A stretch of DNA of 64,000 bases, taken from positions 124,001 through 188,000 of the forward strand of contig JBHGNT010000015.1 in assembly GCA_043228905.1 (NCBI GenBank), given 5' to 3'. Position numbers and translations under genes: made by a program. Positions 23,001 through 35,445 of this stretch are shown here, in pieces; the stretch's first letter is position 1; each line of letters starts with the position of its first letter. The notes below the pieces were generated by a model, which worked only from the letters and a program-made list of their open reading frames with translations, ran no database searches and was not told the DNA's origin. The DNA comes from Azolla caroliniana (lineage: Eukaryota > Plantae > Polypodiophyta).

Positions 23001-24228
23001 ACGTTACCCCCAATGTTAGTAGAGGCACTTTTTCAACTTGTAGTCTTCATTCACAGGATACATAGCCAACCACATGATAGAATATCTCATCAAGCCTTTA
23101 AGGCCTCTCGATCATTGTATGAGTCCGGCTATACTAGCTCATGGTATGGCATGATGGTGAGTTGGCTTCTTGCGAATGGTCTAGACATTAATAACCTACC
23201 TCCCCTTAGGTACAACCACACGAGTGATAACACTTTAATCTCTCATGAGGACCGCAATAAAGTAATACGCCAAGAAATATGGCAAATTTACACTCGGTGT
23301 AAATGGATCACCCCACTAGAGCCACTCCCATCTAAAATGTTGTACTATAAGAAACACTTCATGCACTTCTCTGAGTTAGGTTTTATCACGCGGCCAAAAT
23401 ATCTAGATGTATTCTTACCACATGCCCTAAGGGTTGCCATTGGACAACTTAGAATATCATCTCACCAACTTGAGATTGAGAATGGCCGTACTAGTGGAGT
23501 CCATAGGGAGGAAAGGATATGTAGGTTATGTCACATAGAGATAGAGGATGAGTACCACTTTACATGCAAGTGTCCAACCTATGCCGAGATAACGGCAAAA
23601 TACCAAGACATACTTGGTTCGTCTCCCACCCTCCCCAAACTATTAGATACTCTAGATATAAAGAAATTAGGCAAATACATTCTAGAGCTAAAACAACACA
23701 GAGAGAATAAGTTACAAAATGTTGACAATAATGTTGCTAATGATCACGAACATGTAACAAATGAAGTTTTTCAGGAACATGAGGAGACAACGAATGCCGA
23801 CACACTTGCACCACTCGGCCTTTCCATTGATGAGGCAGAAAACCAGAGAAGAACCAGACGTCCTCGGGTGCCAGGTTTCAAAGCAACTCGACGTGATGTG
23901 GAAGCAATATTGAAAATAAGGGAACGTGAGCTACACTGCCTAGAAGCCATGGCTAGGGCACTCTCTACATTGGAACCCACATCAAGACCCTTTGACCCCC
24001 CACTTCTTTTCGAGAGGCTTGGGTGGAAATAAAATTAGGCTTAGTGTATAGTCACTTTCGAGTATACTACATATTGTACACTACTAGAACTCTTTTAGTT
24101 TAAGTTCTATTTTTTACTAATTTTATTTTAGTTATGATGACTGGATAAACACTCTTTTGTTGTAAACCAATTGTCTCATGGGCCAAATTTGGCCTTAGAA
24201 GACGTTAATATATCTTTCTTTCTTTCTT

Positions 24229-24232
<4 letters not shown>

Positions 24233-24302
<70 letters not shown>
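24233..24302. repeat. (TC)n microsatellite between the tail-to-tail RTEX-like and L1-like 3' ends
   Basis: Perfect dinucleotide run. Confidence 0.95.
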
Positions 24303-24306
<4 letters not shown>

Positions 24307-27300
24307 GTGAAAACACACAATTATATTAATAAATGTGTGTGACAAACAGTACTTACAATACGTGTGACAATGGAGTATGGTCACACACTAACCACACTAC
24401 ACTACATGGGTAGTGGAACATGTTGAATTGCCAATAGGCAAGACGAACACTCCACCGAGGAAAGAATTTCCACTTGTTCCAATAAAGAAAATTGCCACAT
24501 TAGTACTCCCTTCAACTTTCGTAGATATGCTTTCACTCCATGTCTACCATTGAATACAAAAGCGTTGCGCATGTTCCAATTATGACGCAATCCCCAATAT
24601 CTCAAAAATAGGAAAACAATCTCCATCTCTGATTTTGGGTCAACCTGTGTAAATTGTGCAAACACCCATTGTCTAGGTGTCAAATAACTCCGTGATAAAA
24701 CTTGCCAAATTTGAGAAATGTAACTCCAAATTTGACAAGCAATTGGACATTGTATAAATCGATGAGTACTATCTTCTATCTAAACTATGCAAAAGAAGCA
24801 GGTACCCGTTGCTAGTCCACGACGCTTTAAAGCTAATCCCAAAGGCAATCCTCCGATCAAAACTCTCCTAATGAATACCTTTGCAACAAGTGGCAATTTA
24901 GAATGCCAACTACGTTGTAAGATCTGCCACCACCCATGATCAGATTTGTGTATTTTCCATTCTTCTTCAGCCTTAGATGATAACCATCCAAGACTCTCAA
25001 CGGAACAATGATACAAAAGATTAGTAGTCACTTGTAACAATGGTGTTTGACCACTTAAAGTCCAATCAATCCACGGTTGTTCTCCTATTTGTAGAGGTAA
25101 GGGACCTTGCATCAATGCAATATTTTGTAGTTGTTGCCAAATAAACCCATAATTAGGCGGGATGTGTAATAATTGTCGTGCTTCAGTAAACTCCAAAATT
25201 CTTTGAGATGGAACCTCAACTATATCTCCCACCTCTTTGACCCCCAAACGAAACAAACGATTAAATTGAGAACGCAATCTCTCCTTTCCTGGTCAACATA
25301 ATAACCGAGAAGACACAAGTAACTCTTTTTGCAAAGAGTTACAATGCTCTCTACTAGATCATGGTTTCCATACACATAACAAGAGTGCTTCTTGCCATGA
25401 GGTAACTAAGTGTTGAACACGTGAAGAACCCGGAATCTTAAGTTAAATACATTCATTCAGTAATTGCCACCATGAAGCCTTAATCGTTGTCCTCCCATGT
25501 GTTAAACCCTTCTTCTCAATGAAATATCGAACAATAGATATCCATGGTTGTGAGTTTGAACACATGTCTTGTAATAATGAAAATCTACGAGCCATCATAT
25601 GCATAGATAAGTTCAATATTCCAACCCCCCCCAATCGCTTAGGGGTTGCTAGATGATTCCAAGCAATCCATGTGATTCCCATCTTATCCCTCTTCTTCCA
25701 CAACAAATATCGAAGAGGTTGCAAAACAGAATTCAACGCCTTCTTTTTCCATGGCAATAATGGCAAGTAATATAATATCATGGGTTCCATAATACATTGT
25801 ACAACCTTCAAGCGAACATGAAATGGCCAAGATTGTGACTTCCAATACATGAACTTATCCCTCAACTTACTAGAAATCCATTCAATCAATTGACCATTTG
25901 TAACATTCATTCCTAATGGATAGCCCAAGTGTCGAAAAATAGAGCCTTTCTTCACCACGTATCCTTGCCATCCTAAACATTCCAAATCCCTTTCAGTGCA
26001 TGATATGAGACTAGACTCCTTCCGATTAATATGTAATCCGGAAGCCAATGCAAACTGATTCCATACAAGCATCCCCTTCTCAAGATTCTCCCGTGAGGCT
26101 TGTAAAAACATGAAAGAATCATCCGCCAAAGCTTGTGCTACTATTTGCCCTCCGAACGGAAGGTGTAAACCCACAATGTCACCATTTATTGCAAGTCTTG
26201 ATAACATCACTAACAAAGGATGAGTAACAATAGCAAACAACAATGGGCTAAGAGGGCATCCTTGATGAACGGATCTTGTGAGGGCAATATCTGATGTAAC
26301 TCCCCCATTAAGCATTACTCGAGACACTGCATCTTGTCCTAATAAAAATATGAGGCGAGACATACAAGGTCCAAAGCCCATTGTATGCATTAACCCGGAA
26401 ACAAAAGACCAATTAACATGATCATAAGCTTTCTCCAAATCTAATTGCACCATAATCAATTCTTGATGAGTGTTCCGAGCATAATCCATGGCCTTTTGAA
26501 CATTCAACACATTATGCAATATATTTCTACCTGCAATAAAACCATATTGGGTGGGGTGTATCAACTTTGGCAAATACTTTTGTAATCTATTTGCCAAGAC
26601 CTTCGTAAATATCTTGTACAACCCCCCCATCAAAGAAATAGGTCTCCATTGATGAAATGACTCAGGAGATGCCACCTTTGGAACTAGTTTAATTAGACCA
26701 ATCTTCCAAGCTTGAGGCATACAACCAGAATCCCAAGACTGTTGAAACATCAAAGTCAAGGACCCCTTTAAAATGTTGGAATATCTCTTAAAAACTTCAT
26801 TTGTCAAGCCATCCCAACCAGAGCTCTTACCACTAGGAAGATGCCTTAAAACTACATCCACCTCATCCTCAGTGAAATCCGCATCCAATTCATGACTAAT
26901 GAGATCATGCACAATACATCCAACCACATCATAAAACTCATGACATGCTCTACTCACCTCATCTGTCATTAAAAATTGTGTACCAATCAACTCCTTAAAG
27001 TAATGAAGACATATGTCAATTGTTGTTGTAGGATCCACTATCAATTCATCCCCTTGCTTCACATGTACCACGTTAGATCGAGCATAAGTAGGATGTAATG
27101 CTTGGAAAAACAAATGAGATTGACATTGATTATCAATGAGTCCTTCCCTGAGTTGTCGCATCTTAGCATAACGATAACTTTGGCATTGCAACTGAGAAAT
27201 AATAATATGCAATTGACTCTGAATATCCAAAAGCTCCTCATCTAATGGTGTATGTATCAATAATGCATTACACCTAGAGAGAATTTGTGAGAATTGTCAA

Positions 27301-30094
27301 ATAAGACCTCTTCTTCGTTGAGCATTGGTTACTCCATACATACGATGAATGATGTTAATGTTTCGTAATGTGATATCCCATGCTTTAACTCCTTTAAGAT
27401 TCACTTGTTGAGAAAAATTTACCAAAATTTGCTCCATGAGAGAATGAAAGTGAGGTTGAATCAAAAGAGAAGAGTTAAAGCGTAGTGGAGGTTTTCTAAG
27501 TAAAAATTTATACATTTCAATTGCATGATTACACACCTCCAAGAAAATAGGAAAGTGATCTGAAGTTCCAACATCTTGTAGAACGTTCATACGAAGTGAT
27601 GTCGGTAAAAAAGAATCATCATGCATCACATACATTCTATCTAACCGACTCCATGTTTGTCTATGTTGAGCAGATTGGAAGGTAAAACCTGGATCATTCC
27701 CTTGCAACCATGTCCAAACATCCAACTTCAGAAACTCCATAGCCAATGAGTCCCAAGCAAGTTGCTCAGTATCATCCATGATTGAATGTTCAGACGTGGA
27801 TTGAAATGCATCAACACACATGTTAAAATCGCCCATAAGTAATCTTGGACGTCCAATAGACAAGGTTTGAAGGAGTGAACCCCATAATGCAATACATTGA
27901 GTGGCTTGGTTAGGGACATAAATCCCAACCACCCACACAACCTCGCCAAAAAAAGTGATTTCTAGAACCAAAAACCGACCATAAGGATCATTATGCACCA
28001 CTTGAGGATAATACTTATCCCTCACGATTAATACCACACCTGAATAATGATTATTAAGATGTCCTGCATAAAATGATGAATATCCATGCAAATGCACTGT
28101 GGATCCTGCTAACTCATGACACTTATGCTCAACTGCACATACTACATCCCATTCTCTACTTAACAAAGTTTCCCATAGTATATACTTCTTATGAGGAGAA
28201 CATGCCCCTCTCACATTCCATGTTACCACTTCCATTCAATCAACAATGTTATGGGAGCACTTGCTCCTTTAGAGCAACCGATGTCATGAAACTAGTCAAA
28301 GCATGCTCCAATGCTGCATATGGATTTTCATGCACCACATCCTTAGGGTTGTCTATCGAAATCTTTTTTTTAGGTCCTCCCGCTTGACGAAAACCTCGAG
28401 AATTCGATGAATTTACAACTCGTCCCAATGAATCAAATTGAAGGTGAAGGGGTAACCCCTTATCCCTAGATTGCCGTTGCCAAGGAACTTTTCGAGGGCC
28501 CTCCCTAGTTCCTGAATTACCTTGCCAAGTAGTCACACGAGTAGTGGGCAAGCTACTACGATGCATATTCATTGATTTCCCTTTCGGCTTGCCCTTAACC
28601 TCATGCCAATCTTTGTCAACAACATCACTACTAGCTCTATCCAACGGTTTTTTCCCCTTATCTTTAACCACTAAACTTTGTTTTTCCATATCCATAGATT
28701 CAATTCCCTTATTCTTAGGGCCCAAACCTTGAAGTGAGACCTCTTTATAACCTGCTCTAGGTGATGTTCCTTCATCCACAAAATCTGACACACCAACATC
28801 TCTCCCAACTCCTTCCTTATCATTCCCTTCAATAGGAACCTCTGTAGTTGAAGGACAATGGTCGTGGCATTCCGCCATAAAGTGACCCCATTCACCACAT
28901 CCAAAACAATGACCTGCAAATGTCTCCCACTTCAGTTTAAAACAAAGACTTCTCATACCAGGACCATTCATACACACCCATCCTGGCCTCTTATGACTTG
29001 TATCCCATAACACACACAAATATGCACTTATTTGTAGCATTTGCATGTGGAGATACCAACACTTTACCCATTTGACTCATCAACTCTAGTAAAAGTGGCC
29101 ATAAAAAAGCATGCTTACAATCCACTGTAACCCAAACAGGACATTCTTGTTTTAACAAAGCAGGATAGTCCACTACGGGGGACCATTGCATAACATGCAC
29201 CAATCGTTTATCAAAAAACACAGGAACTTTACCCAACAATGCACTTCGATGCTCCGGTGAACGAAATACCACATCATAAAACCCTCATGGTCCCGCATAT
29301 ATATTTTCAACACAATTTGGTGACATGATTGTGTTCAACCATTGTTTAATCCAATTAACATATGGGAGTTTGCCAGTAAAAAATAATATAACAGCACGAT
29401 CATAGAATACATCAAATGATTGCAAAACTGCCTTAGCATCAACTTCCACATCATGCACATCCTCTTCAATGCATTCTTTCGCTGCATTTTCATTTTCTTC
29501 CACAATATCCGACAATAAGGTATTGGCAATTCCCTATAAATTATCCCAATTACAGTGATCCTTGTCAACTTCATCTACATGTATTATTTCGGCATATGTT
29601 AATTTTTTTCTCATTAATTTCTTCAATTCCCTTAAACCTCTTAGAGCTTCCAATGTCTTCCCTTTCACGATTACATTCAACCATCACATTACTCTTTTTT
29701 GGATCAATTGTTTCCATATCAATATCCCCCACAATTTGTGAGGAATTCATGTTTATGTCCATCATTATATCAATCCGGGATAAAAACAATTTTCCATGAA
29801 CAAGAGAGAAAATCAGAACTCACCCGATTGAAGAGGTCGAAGATTTTGAAAGCAATCGAAGACCCACAATGAGTTTTGAGTATGTGGATGCCGACAACAC
29901 AAGATTCCTTATTGCTATCACTGCTTCTCGTACAAACCGCCAAATTCAACTTGTTATATCTCGTTGCGAAGCTCTACTCGATGGCTTTCCAACGTTTGTC
30001 TTTATGCTCAATTCTGTTACCGATAGAGAGTGCAGCAATAAAAACAAATTCGCTTCTTCTTCCCTTCTCCACTCTTGCGTTTTTTCCTCCTCCT

Positions 30095-30098
<4 letters not shown>
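24303..30098 (-). mobile_element. Full-length degenerate L1/Tx1-clade LINE
   Basis: ORF1 pieces span 29789-28249 (DUF4283-like, CFGCGEWGHFMAEC knuckle). ORF2 pieces span 28235-24402: EN (TWNVRG, GDFN, SRLDR, SDH), RT (DLEKAYD, QGCPLSP, LADDS) and zf-RVT (CFFC). The element is flanked by (GA)n at both ends. Confidence 0.9.
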
Positions 30099-30137
<39 letters not shown>

Positions 30138-30252
30138 TTCGGTTGCCTCTGGTACGTGTCTAGAGTCGATTTCCCGTCTTCCCATCTACTCCCTAGTCCA
30201 AGTCCCCCGTGGTCCCACCTTATTCTACACACACACGCGGAAATACGCAACA

Positions 30253-30394
30253 GTGTATGTGTAGGATCCGGGGCGGGACCATCGGGGTCTTGGACCGAAG
30301 AGAGACGGCGGAAGAAAGACCGAGTTTTGTCGGAACCAATTGCTCCTCTAAGGCACCGGTCGGAGCATTTCCAGATGCGTACTGGAGGCAACCA

Positions 30395-30433
<39 letters not shown>

Positions 30434-31332
30434 ATTATCGTGTTCGGAGGTCAAATATGACATATGAGACCAAAAAATATTACATTTCACGTGATACGTG
30501 TGAAAGTGAGTAGTGACTCTCGATGTTCAAGAACTTTACCAATGAATGTTGTAATCAAGAGTGCACATTGTGGTTGTGAGAGGAATTCATGCAAACATTG
30601 GGCTCGGTCGAAGAGATGTGGAAAGCACGGTCGAATATGATCAAAGGCAGAGCATTATATCAAAGTGTGATACTCAGACTCGCGAACTTGTTTAGGGCAA
30701 AGTGTGCATTGTCGACCACTCTCATCACTTGTGCCCCAACGCCCTGTTTCAGATCGCAATGCATGTGAGCTAAGTCACATGGAAGCAATGGTTTGAATGG
30801 TAGATAACGGTATGGGCTCTAACATGTATCAATGTGTACGATTTCCCCGTTCCGCAAAGAATATGGTTTTGTAGTTAGGTGCAACATGTGTAGTATAATG
30901 TGTGAAGCATGAGCCTCCACATTTGTCCCATGTCATGATACATTGGCGTTGCAAGAAGGCCTCATTTACATAGGAATCTAATGATGCATCATGAAGAAAG
31001 TGTCTCACATCCCATCTACCAAACCATTTTTCTATATCTTGCATCCAACCGGAACACAAAATTTTTCTTTTATGCGTCTTTTGGATCTTTTTGCTTGCTT
31101 CCCATGCAATTCTAGGAAGTCGATGTGAGGGATTTTTTTGAACCTTAAGCATGTATTCAACAACCCTTTCAATGGCCATGATCTCAATGGGAAGTGATCC
31201 CGTCTCAAGGAGGAGGAGGGTGTAGGGTGTTTGTTTCTTAACTTGTAGAAACTTTGTAAGAAAATGTTTTTGGACATTTTCAAACTCTTTCCACGTAGAT
31301 TTAGGGATGCTACCGCCCCATACTTCCACCCC

Positions 31333-31383
<51 letters not shown>

Positions 31384-31620
31384 ACTCGCACAACACCCAC
31401 TCAACACATGCTTCTTGTATACAGAAACCGGAGTGAAAGAAAAACACACGCGACACCGACAGAGAGAGTTATACACAACTTCTTATATATATATATATGT
31501 ACAATAACAACAGGTTATAACACCAGCTTCGATCTGTACGAGCAGACCAGGTTACAACGGCCTTCTGCTGGCAAGTCTCCAGTCAGGGAGCTCTCTGGCT
31601 CGCCGTGTCGAATGGAGTCC
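30253..31620 (-). mobile_element. Gypsy-type LTR fragment (30253-30429 + 31335-31620) split at its (GA)n tract
   Basis: 31404-31620 matches 4775-4990. 30253-30397 is the reverse-complement counterpart of 30135-30252. Confidence 0.6.
30430..31334 (-). mobile_element. 5'-truncated RTEX-like LINE, family 2
   Basis: It encodes LYGVEVWGGSIPK...LLLETGSLPIE... (post-RT region). Its 3' end matches 34907-35186, and it is flanked on both sides by (GA)n. Confidence 0.85.
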
Positions 31621-31624
31621 TCGC

Positions 31625-32704
31625 GTAGGTGGCTCTTATGCATGGGTGACACTTGGCACTCATGCATCCACCTTCCTAATACATGGGTAACACTTGCCAC
31701 TCATGCACCCACTTTTCCGTGCATGGGTGACACTTGGCACTCATGCACCCACCTTCCTCATGTATAAAAAGGGGAAGAGTAATCTTATCAAAGGGGGGGG
31801 GATAATAATAGACGAAAACGACTATTGTATAAGAGAGACAAGTTATATTATTGTAAGAAAGATTAACAAGAAATACTTGGTAATCATCTTGAGATATCAA
31901 TACAAGCTATTTTCGGAACTCGTCTTTCTTTGACAAGAAGCTCGGTGCTTACTTCCCGGATTTGCAATTTTCTTTTCCGTCTGCTCTAGTATGACGAGAT
32001 CAACATCACAACGCAGTGTCGTGGGGAATTCCGACTATTGGGAAAAAGGGAGCCGGAGAGCACATGAACAGGGGTGTGCACGGATGCACACGAAATAGGT
32101 TTTGGTGTACAAACGTGTGTAAATAACATAGTAATAGTTGAGTGTTGAGGAATACTAGGTAGTAAGAATTTGATAGGTACTTTATGGTCACACGAATAGA
32201 GGGATTAAAGGGTATTGAAGGGAGAGAATCAAGGGAAAATCTAAGAGAAAAGCAGATGCCTTAACAGTCTGATGTAACAATGTTACCGTATGAGATTTAC
32301 GGAGAGTCGAGTGTGATGAGCGCGGGTGGAAGACTATAATGTTGTTGATGTGTATGTGTAAATGTGTACAAGTGTAATTGTGAGTGTGAGTAGTTGTGTA
32401 TGTGAACACATGCACATGTGTGTGTGGATGTAGACAGATACGAGGAGGTGTGAGTGAGTGATTAGTGTGAATGGCGACGGGGGCTTGCACCCCTGTATAT
32501 GTACCCTTTTGTAACTTATGGGGAATGAATGAATAATGAATAGTTCTCTCTCAATCTTTCCCTCCTGTCATCTCTCTTTCTCTCTCTCTTCCTTCTCTCT
32601 TATGCTAAACCCCTTGGGAGGGGGGTGGAGCCATTCTAGGCACCACCCCCCACCCCGCAATGATTCTCAATCTCGTTATCACCCTATAACGCTAGTCATC
32701 ACAC
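31625..32704 (+). mobile_element. Probable LTR fragments (31625-32010 with ~40-bp repeats; 32017-32704 TG...CA)
   Basis: Three copies of catgggtgacacttggcactcatgcacccac, a TATA-like box at ~31763 and catcaca ends. 32017 begins tgtcgtgggg, like the 5481 LTR terminus. No TSD found. Confidence 0.4.
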
Positions 32705-32799
32705 CCACCATGTCTATCTTCATCATCAATCATCATCACTATTGTAATCCTTAACCCTAAACCTAAATATATAACACTCACAATTACACTTGTACACAT

Positions 32800-34880
32800 C
32801 AACAACATTATAGTCTTCCACCCTCACTCATCACACTCGACTCTCCGTACATCTCGTACGGTAACATATACATTGAAGACCATAACTCAATGCGTTGATT
32901 AGCATTATTGAGTGCATAGATTCCTACCAACCATATCAAATTCTCAAAATACTTGATTTCCATCACCAAAAAACGTCCATATGGATCATTATAGACTATA
33001 TGTGGACAAAACAAATCATGAATAATCATGACAACCCCTGAGTAATGATGTGATAACTATCCTGCATAATATGCAGAATATCCACGCAAATGTAACACAA
33101 ATCCTACTAAATCATGACACTTATGTTCAACTGCACATAAAACATCCCATTCTTTATCAAATAAAGTTATCCATAATATATATTTCTTTTGAGAAGAAGA
33201 TGCCCCTCTCACATTCCATGATACCACTTTCATTTAACACCTTTAGTAAGAACTTGCTCTTTATGAGAAAGTGTATTCATGAATGTACTAACTACTTGTT
33301 CAAGAGCTACATAAGGATTCATGTGTACTACATCCCCTCCACCAATATTAGGGTTTTCTTGTCTAGCTCCATGAGAATGAAATCCTTGATTTAATTGAGG
33401 TCGTACCACCCTTCCGAAAGAATCGAATTGTAATTGGTTGGACAATCTCTGATCTCGCACTTGTTTTTGCCAATGATTTTTCTTAAATCCCTCATTCAAT
33501 CTCAAATTATCTTTTGGTAATGCCTTACCATTAGTATTTTTTGTGCTCCTTTGTATGGCAACACCCTTCCCTTTTATCTTATGCTTCACTTGATGCCACT
33601 CTCTATCTTCAACATCTAGGTCATCATTAATATATACTCCATTCTCCTCCCCAACACCTCTAACATGAACATGAACATGAACTTTAGGATCTCGCTCTAA
33701 CCCATGAGATGTTCCCTCATCCATGACCATATCAACCATTGAGACAATATCCTTCTCAACATCTTCCTTATTTTTCCCTTTCACATTATTTTCTAGGGAT
33801 AGTTCACCATGATATTGGCATTCAGCCATAAAATGCCCCAATTTACCACATTTAAAACAATGTTCTACAAAAGTCTCCCATTGAAGCTTAAAACGAAATT
33901 GACCAAATTGAGATGTATCTATACTCAACCACCCTGGAAGTTTACAACTTGTATCCCATAACATGCAAAATCTACATTTGTTCAACGAATTAACATGAGG
34001 AGCAACCAGAACTTTACCAATTTGAGACATCACTCCCGGTAGTAAATCCCAAAAGAATGAGTTACTACAATCAACGGTTACCCAAATTGGACATTATTGT
34101 TTTAATAAATCTTTATAATCCACCACCAGAACCCATTCCATCACATGCACTAATCTTCTATCAAAAAAGATTGGTGCCTTTGCCATCAAAGCTATACGGT
34201 GTTCTGACGATCGAAAAACCACATCATAGAAACCTCTTGGACCCACATATATATACATCATCAACACAATTAGACATTATGAATGAATTCAACCATTGCT
34301 TAATCCATGATACCAAAGGAAGTTTGCTAGTGAAATACAAAATAACACCACGATCATACAACTTGCCAAAAGTTGTTAACATAGACTTGGTCTCCATCAT
34401 GACCTCTACAACATCCTCCTCCACACAATCTTTAGTATCTTTCTCATTTTTTTTCCATAAAATCAGAAAGCAAAGCCTTAACAAAATCACGACGACTGTC
34501 AATATCATAATCATCTCCAATAAACATCTTTCCCACTAAGAATAACATCATATGATGTTCTGTAGAATCGATACACTTTTGCCTCTTGTAATTTTCACAA
34601 CCATCATTACTACTTCATACATCAACAATCATCAACTCACTTCCTGTTGTTGTGTCAGTCATCCGAATAGAGATTGAGAGAACTAACCTGAGACGATGAC
34701 AATTTTTCTTGTAGATTCTTGTAACGATAAAGAAACTTAACTTCCAAATAATTATTGGAAATATCTCTGAACGAGATTCGCAACGAGCCAAAAATCATAA
34801 AAAACGGAGTTTTGAGTACAAAGTTACATCAAAAACATGTTTCAACACCATTCGTGGAGCGTCATCGCTTTTTTCCCTCC
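32800..34880 (-). mobile_element. Second L1/Tx1-clade LINE, 5' half only (ORF1 plus start of EN)
   Basis: ORF1 with CFKCGKLGHFMAEC is homologous to 28249-29515. ORF2 begins MKVVSWNVRGA at 33233. The 5' end abuts (CT)n at 34881-34906. Confidence 0.82.
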
Positions 34881-34906
34881 CTCTCTTTCTCTCTCTCTCT
34901 CTCTCT

Positions 34907-35186
34907 GCCCTAAACAAGTTCGCGAGTCTGAGTATCACACTTTGATACAATGCTCTGCCTTTGATCATATTCGACCATGCTTTCCACATATCTTCAACCG
35001 AGCTCAATCCTTGCATGAATTCCTCTCACAACCACAATGTGCACTCTCAATTGCAACATTCATTGGTAAAGTTCTTGAACATCGAGAGTCACTACTCACT
35101 TTCACATGTATCACGTGAAATGTAATATTTTTGGTCTCATAGGTCATATTTGACCTCTGAAGACGATAATATAATCTATCTATCTC
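34907..35186 (+). mobile_element. 5'-truncated RTEX-like LINE 3' end, family 2
   Basis: It encodes CPKQVRESEYHTLIQC... (Zn-finger tail) and matches the reverse complement of 30430-30700. It ends gaagacgataatataa(tcta)n and starts directly after (CT)n. Confidence 0.85.
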
Positions 35187-35445
35187 TTGTTAGTGTCATG
35201 TCATAGTAATCAATCTCTATAGTTCATACTCATTTTTTTGTAAAGTTCTAAAGTGAAGAAATTGATACCTTCACTAGTTCCAAGATGAGAACATTAATAA
35301 TTAATTGCAAGATGCGCTCTTCATCAATACAATTATATATGTGTACTATTTGATTTGTATGTTCGTGCTTTCTAATGTTTAGTAGTTAGGTAATTCCTAA
35401 GTTTTGAAGTTTCAATTGTGTTGCCATGTGATTCAATCAATATAT

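Larger units (their letters stand above)
8382..24032 (+). pseudogene. LINE ORF2 (EN-RT-Zn finger), disrupted by one stop (8925-8927) and two LTR insertions
   Basis: Removing 10016-21222 and 22278-23004 restores the frame: APIHKGG(D/H)PMDPNTYRTIM and HDIIRVEFTLPPMLVEALF. The reconstructed ORF is ~1239 codons. Confidence 0.88.
7105..24232 (+). mobile_element. Full-length RTEX-like non-LTR retrotransposon (pieces 7105-10015, 21223-22277, 23005-24232)
   Basis: It has a GCC/GTC-rich 5' UTR, a coiled-coil ORF1, and an ORF2 with APE endonuclease (WNCNG, GDFNAR, TVDY, ADH), RT (GVKQGCPLSPTLFGIYID, LLYADD) and a C-terminal CxxC...EDEYHFTCKC motif. It ends in a (TCTT)n tail running into (TC)n. The clade call is from motif memory. 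Confidence 0.85.
6838..30252 (+). mobile_element. Gypsy-type LTR fragment (6838-7104 + 30135-30252) split by a ~23-kb nest inserted in its (CT)n tract
   Basis: The left part ends gtgttgtgcgcgtt(CT)n, like the reverse complement of 31335-31400. The right part resumes after (CT)n with ggttgcctc..gtacg and the family 3' motif cctagtccaa..cccc..ggtcccacc, ending in CA at 30252. Confidence 0.55.

Noticed and set aside
30135-30397. Apparent MITE with imperfect TIRs (ggttgcctc..gtacg) between (CT)n and (GA)n
   Set aside because: Better explained as the 3' ends of two related LTRs in opposite orientation. Each half has the family's gtccaa..cccc..ggtccc motif, and the left half ends in CA at 30252.
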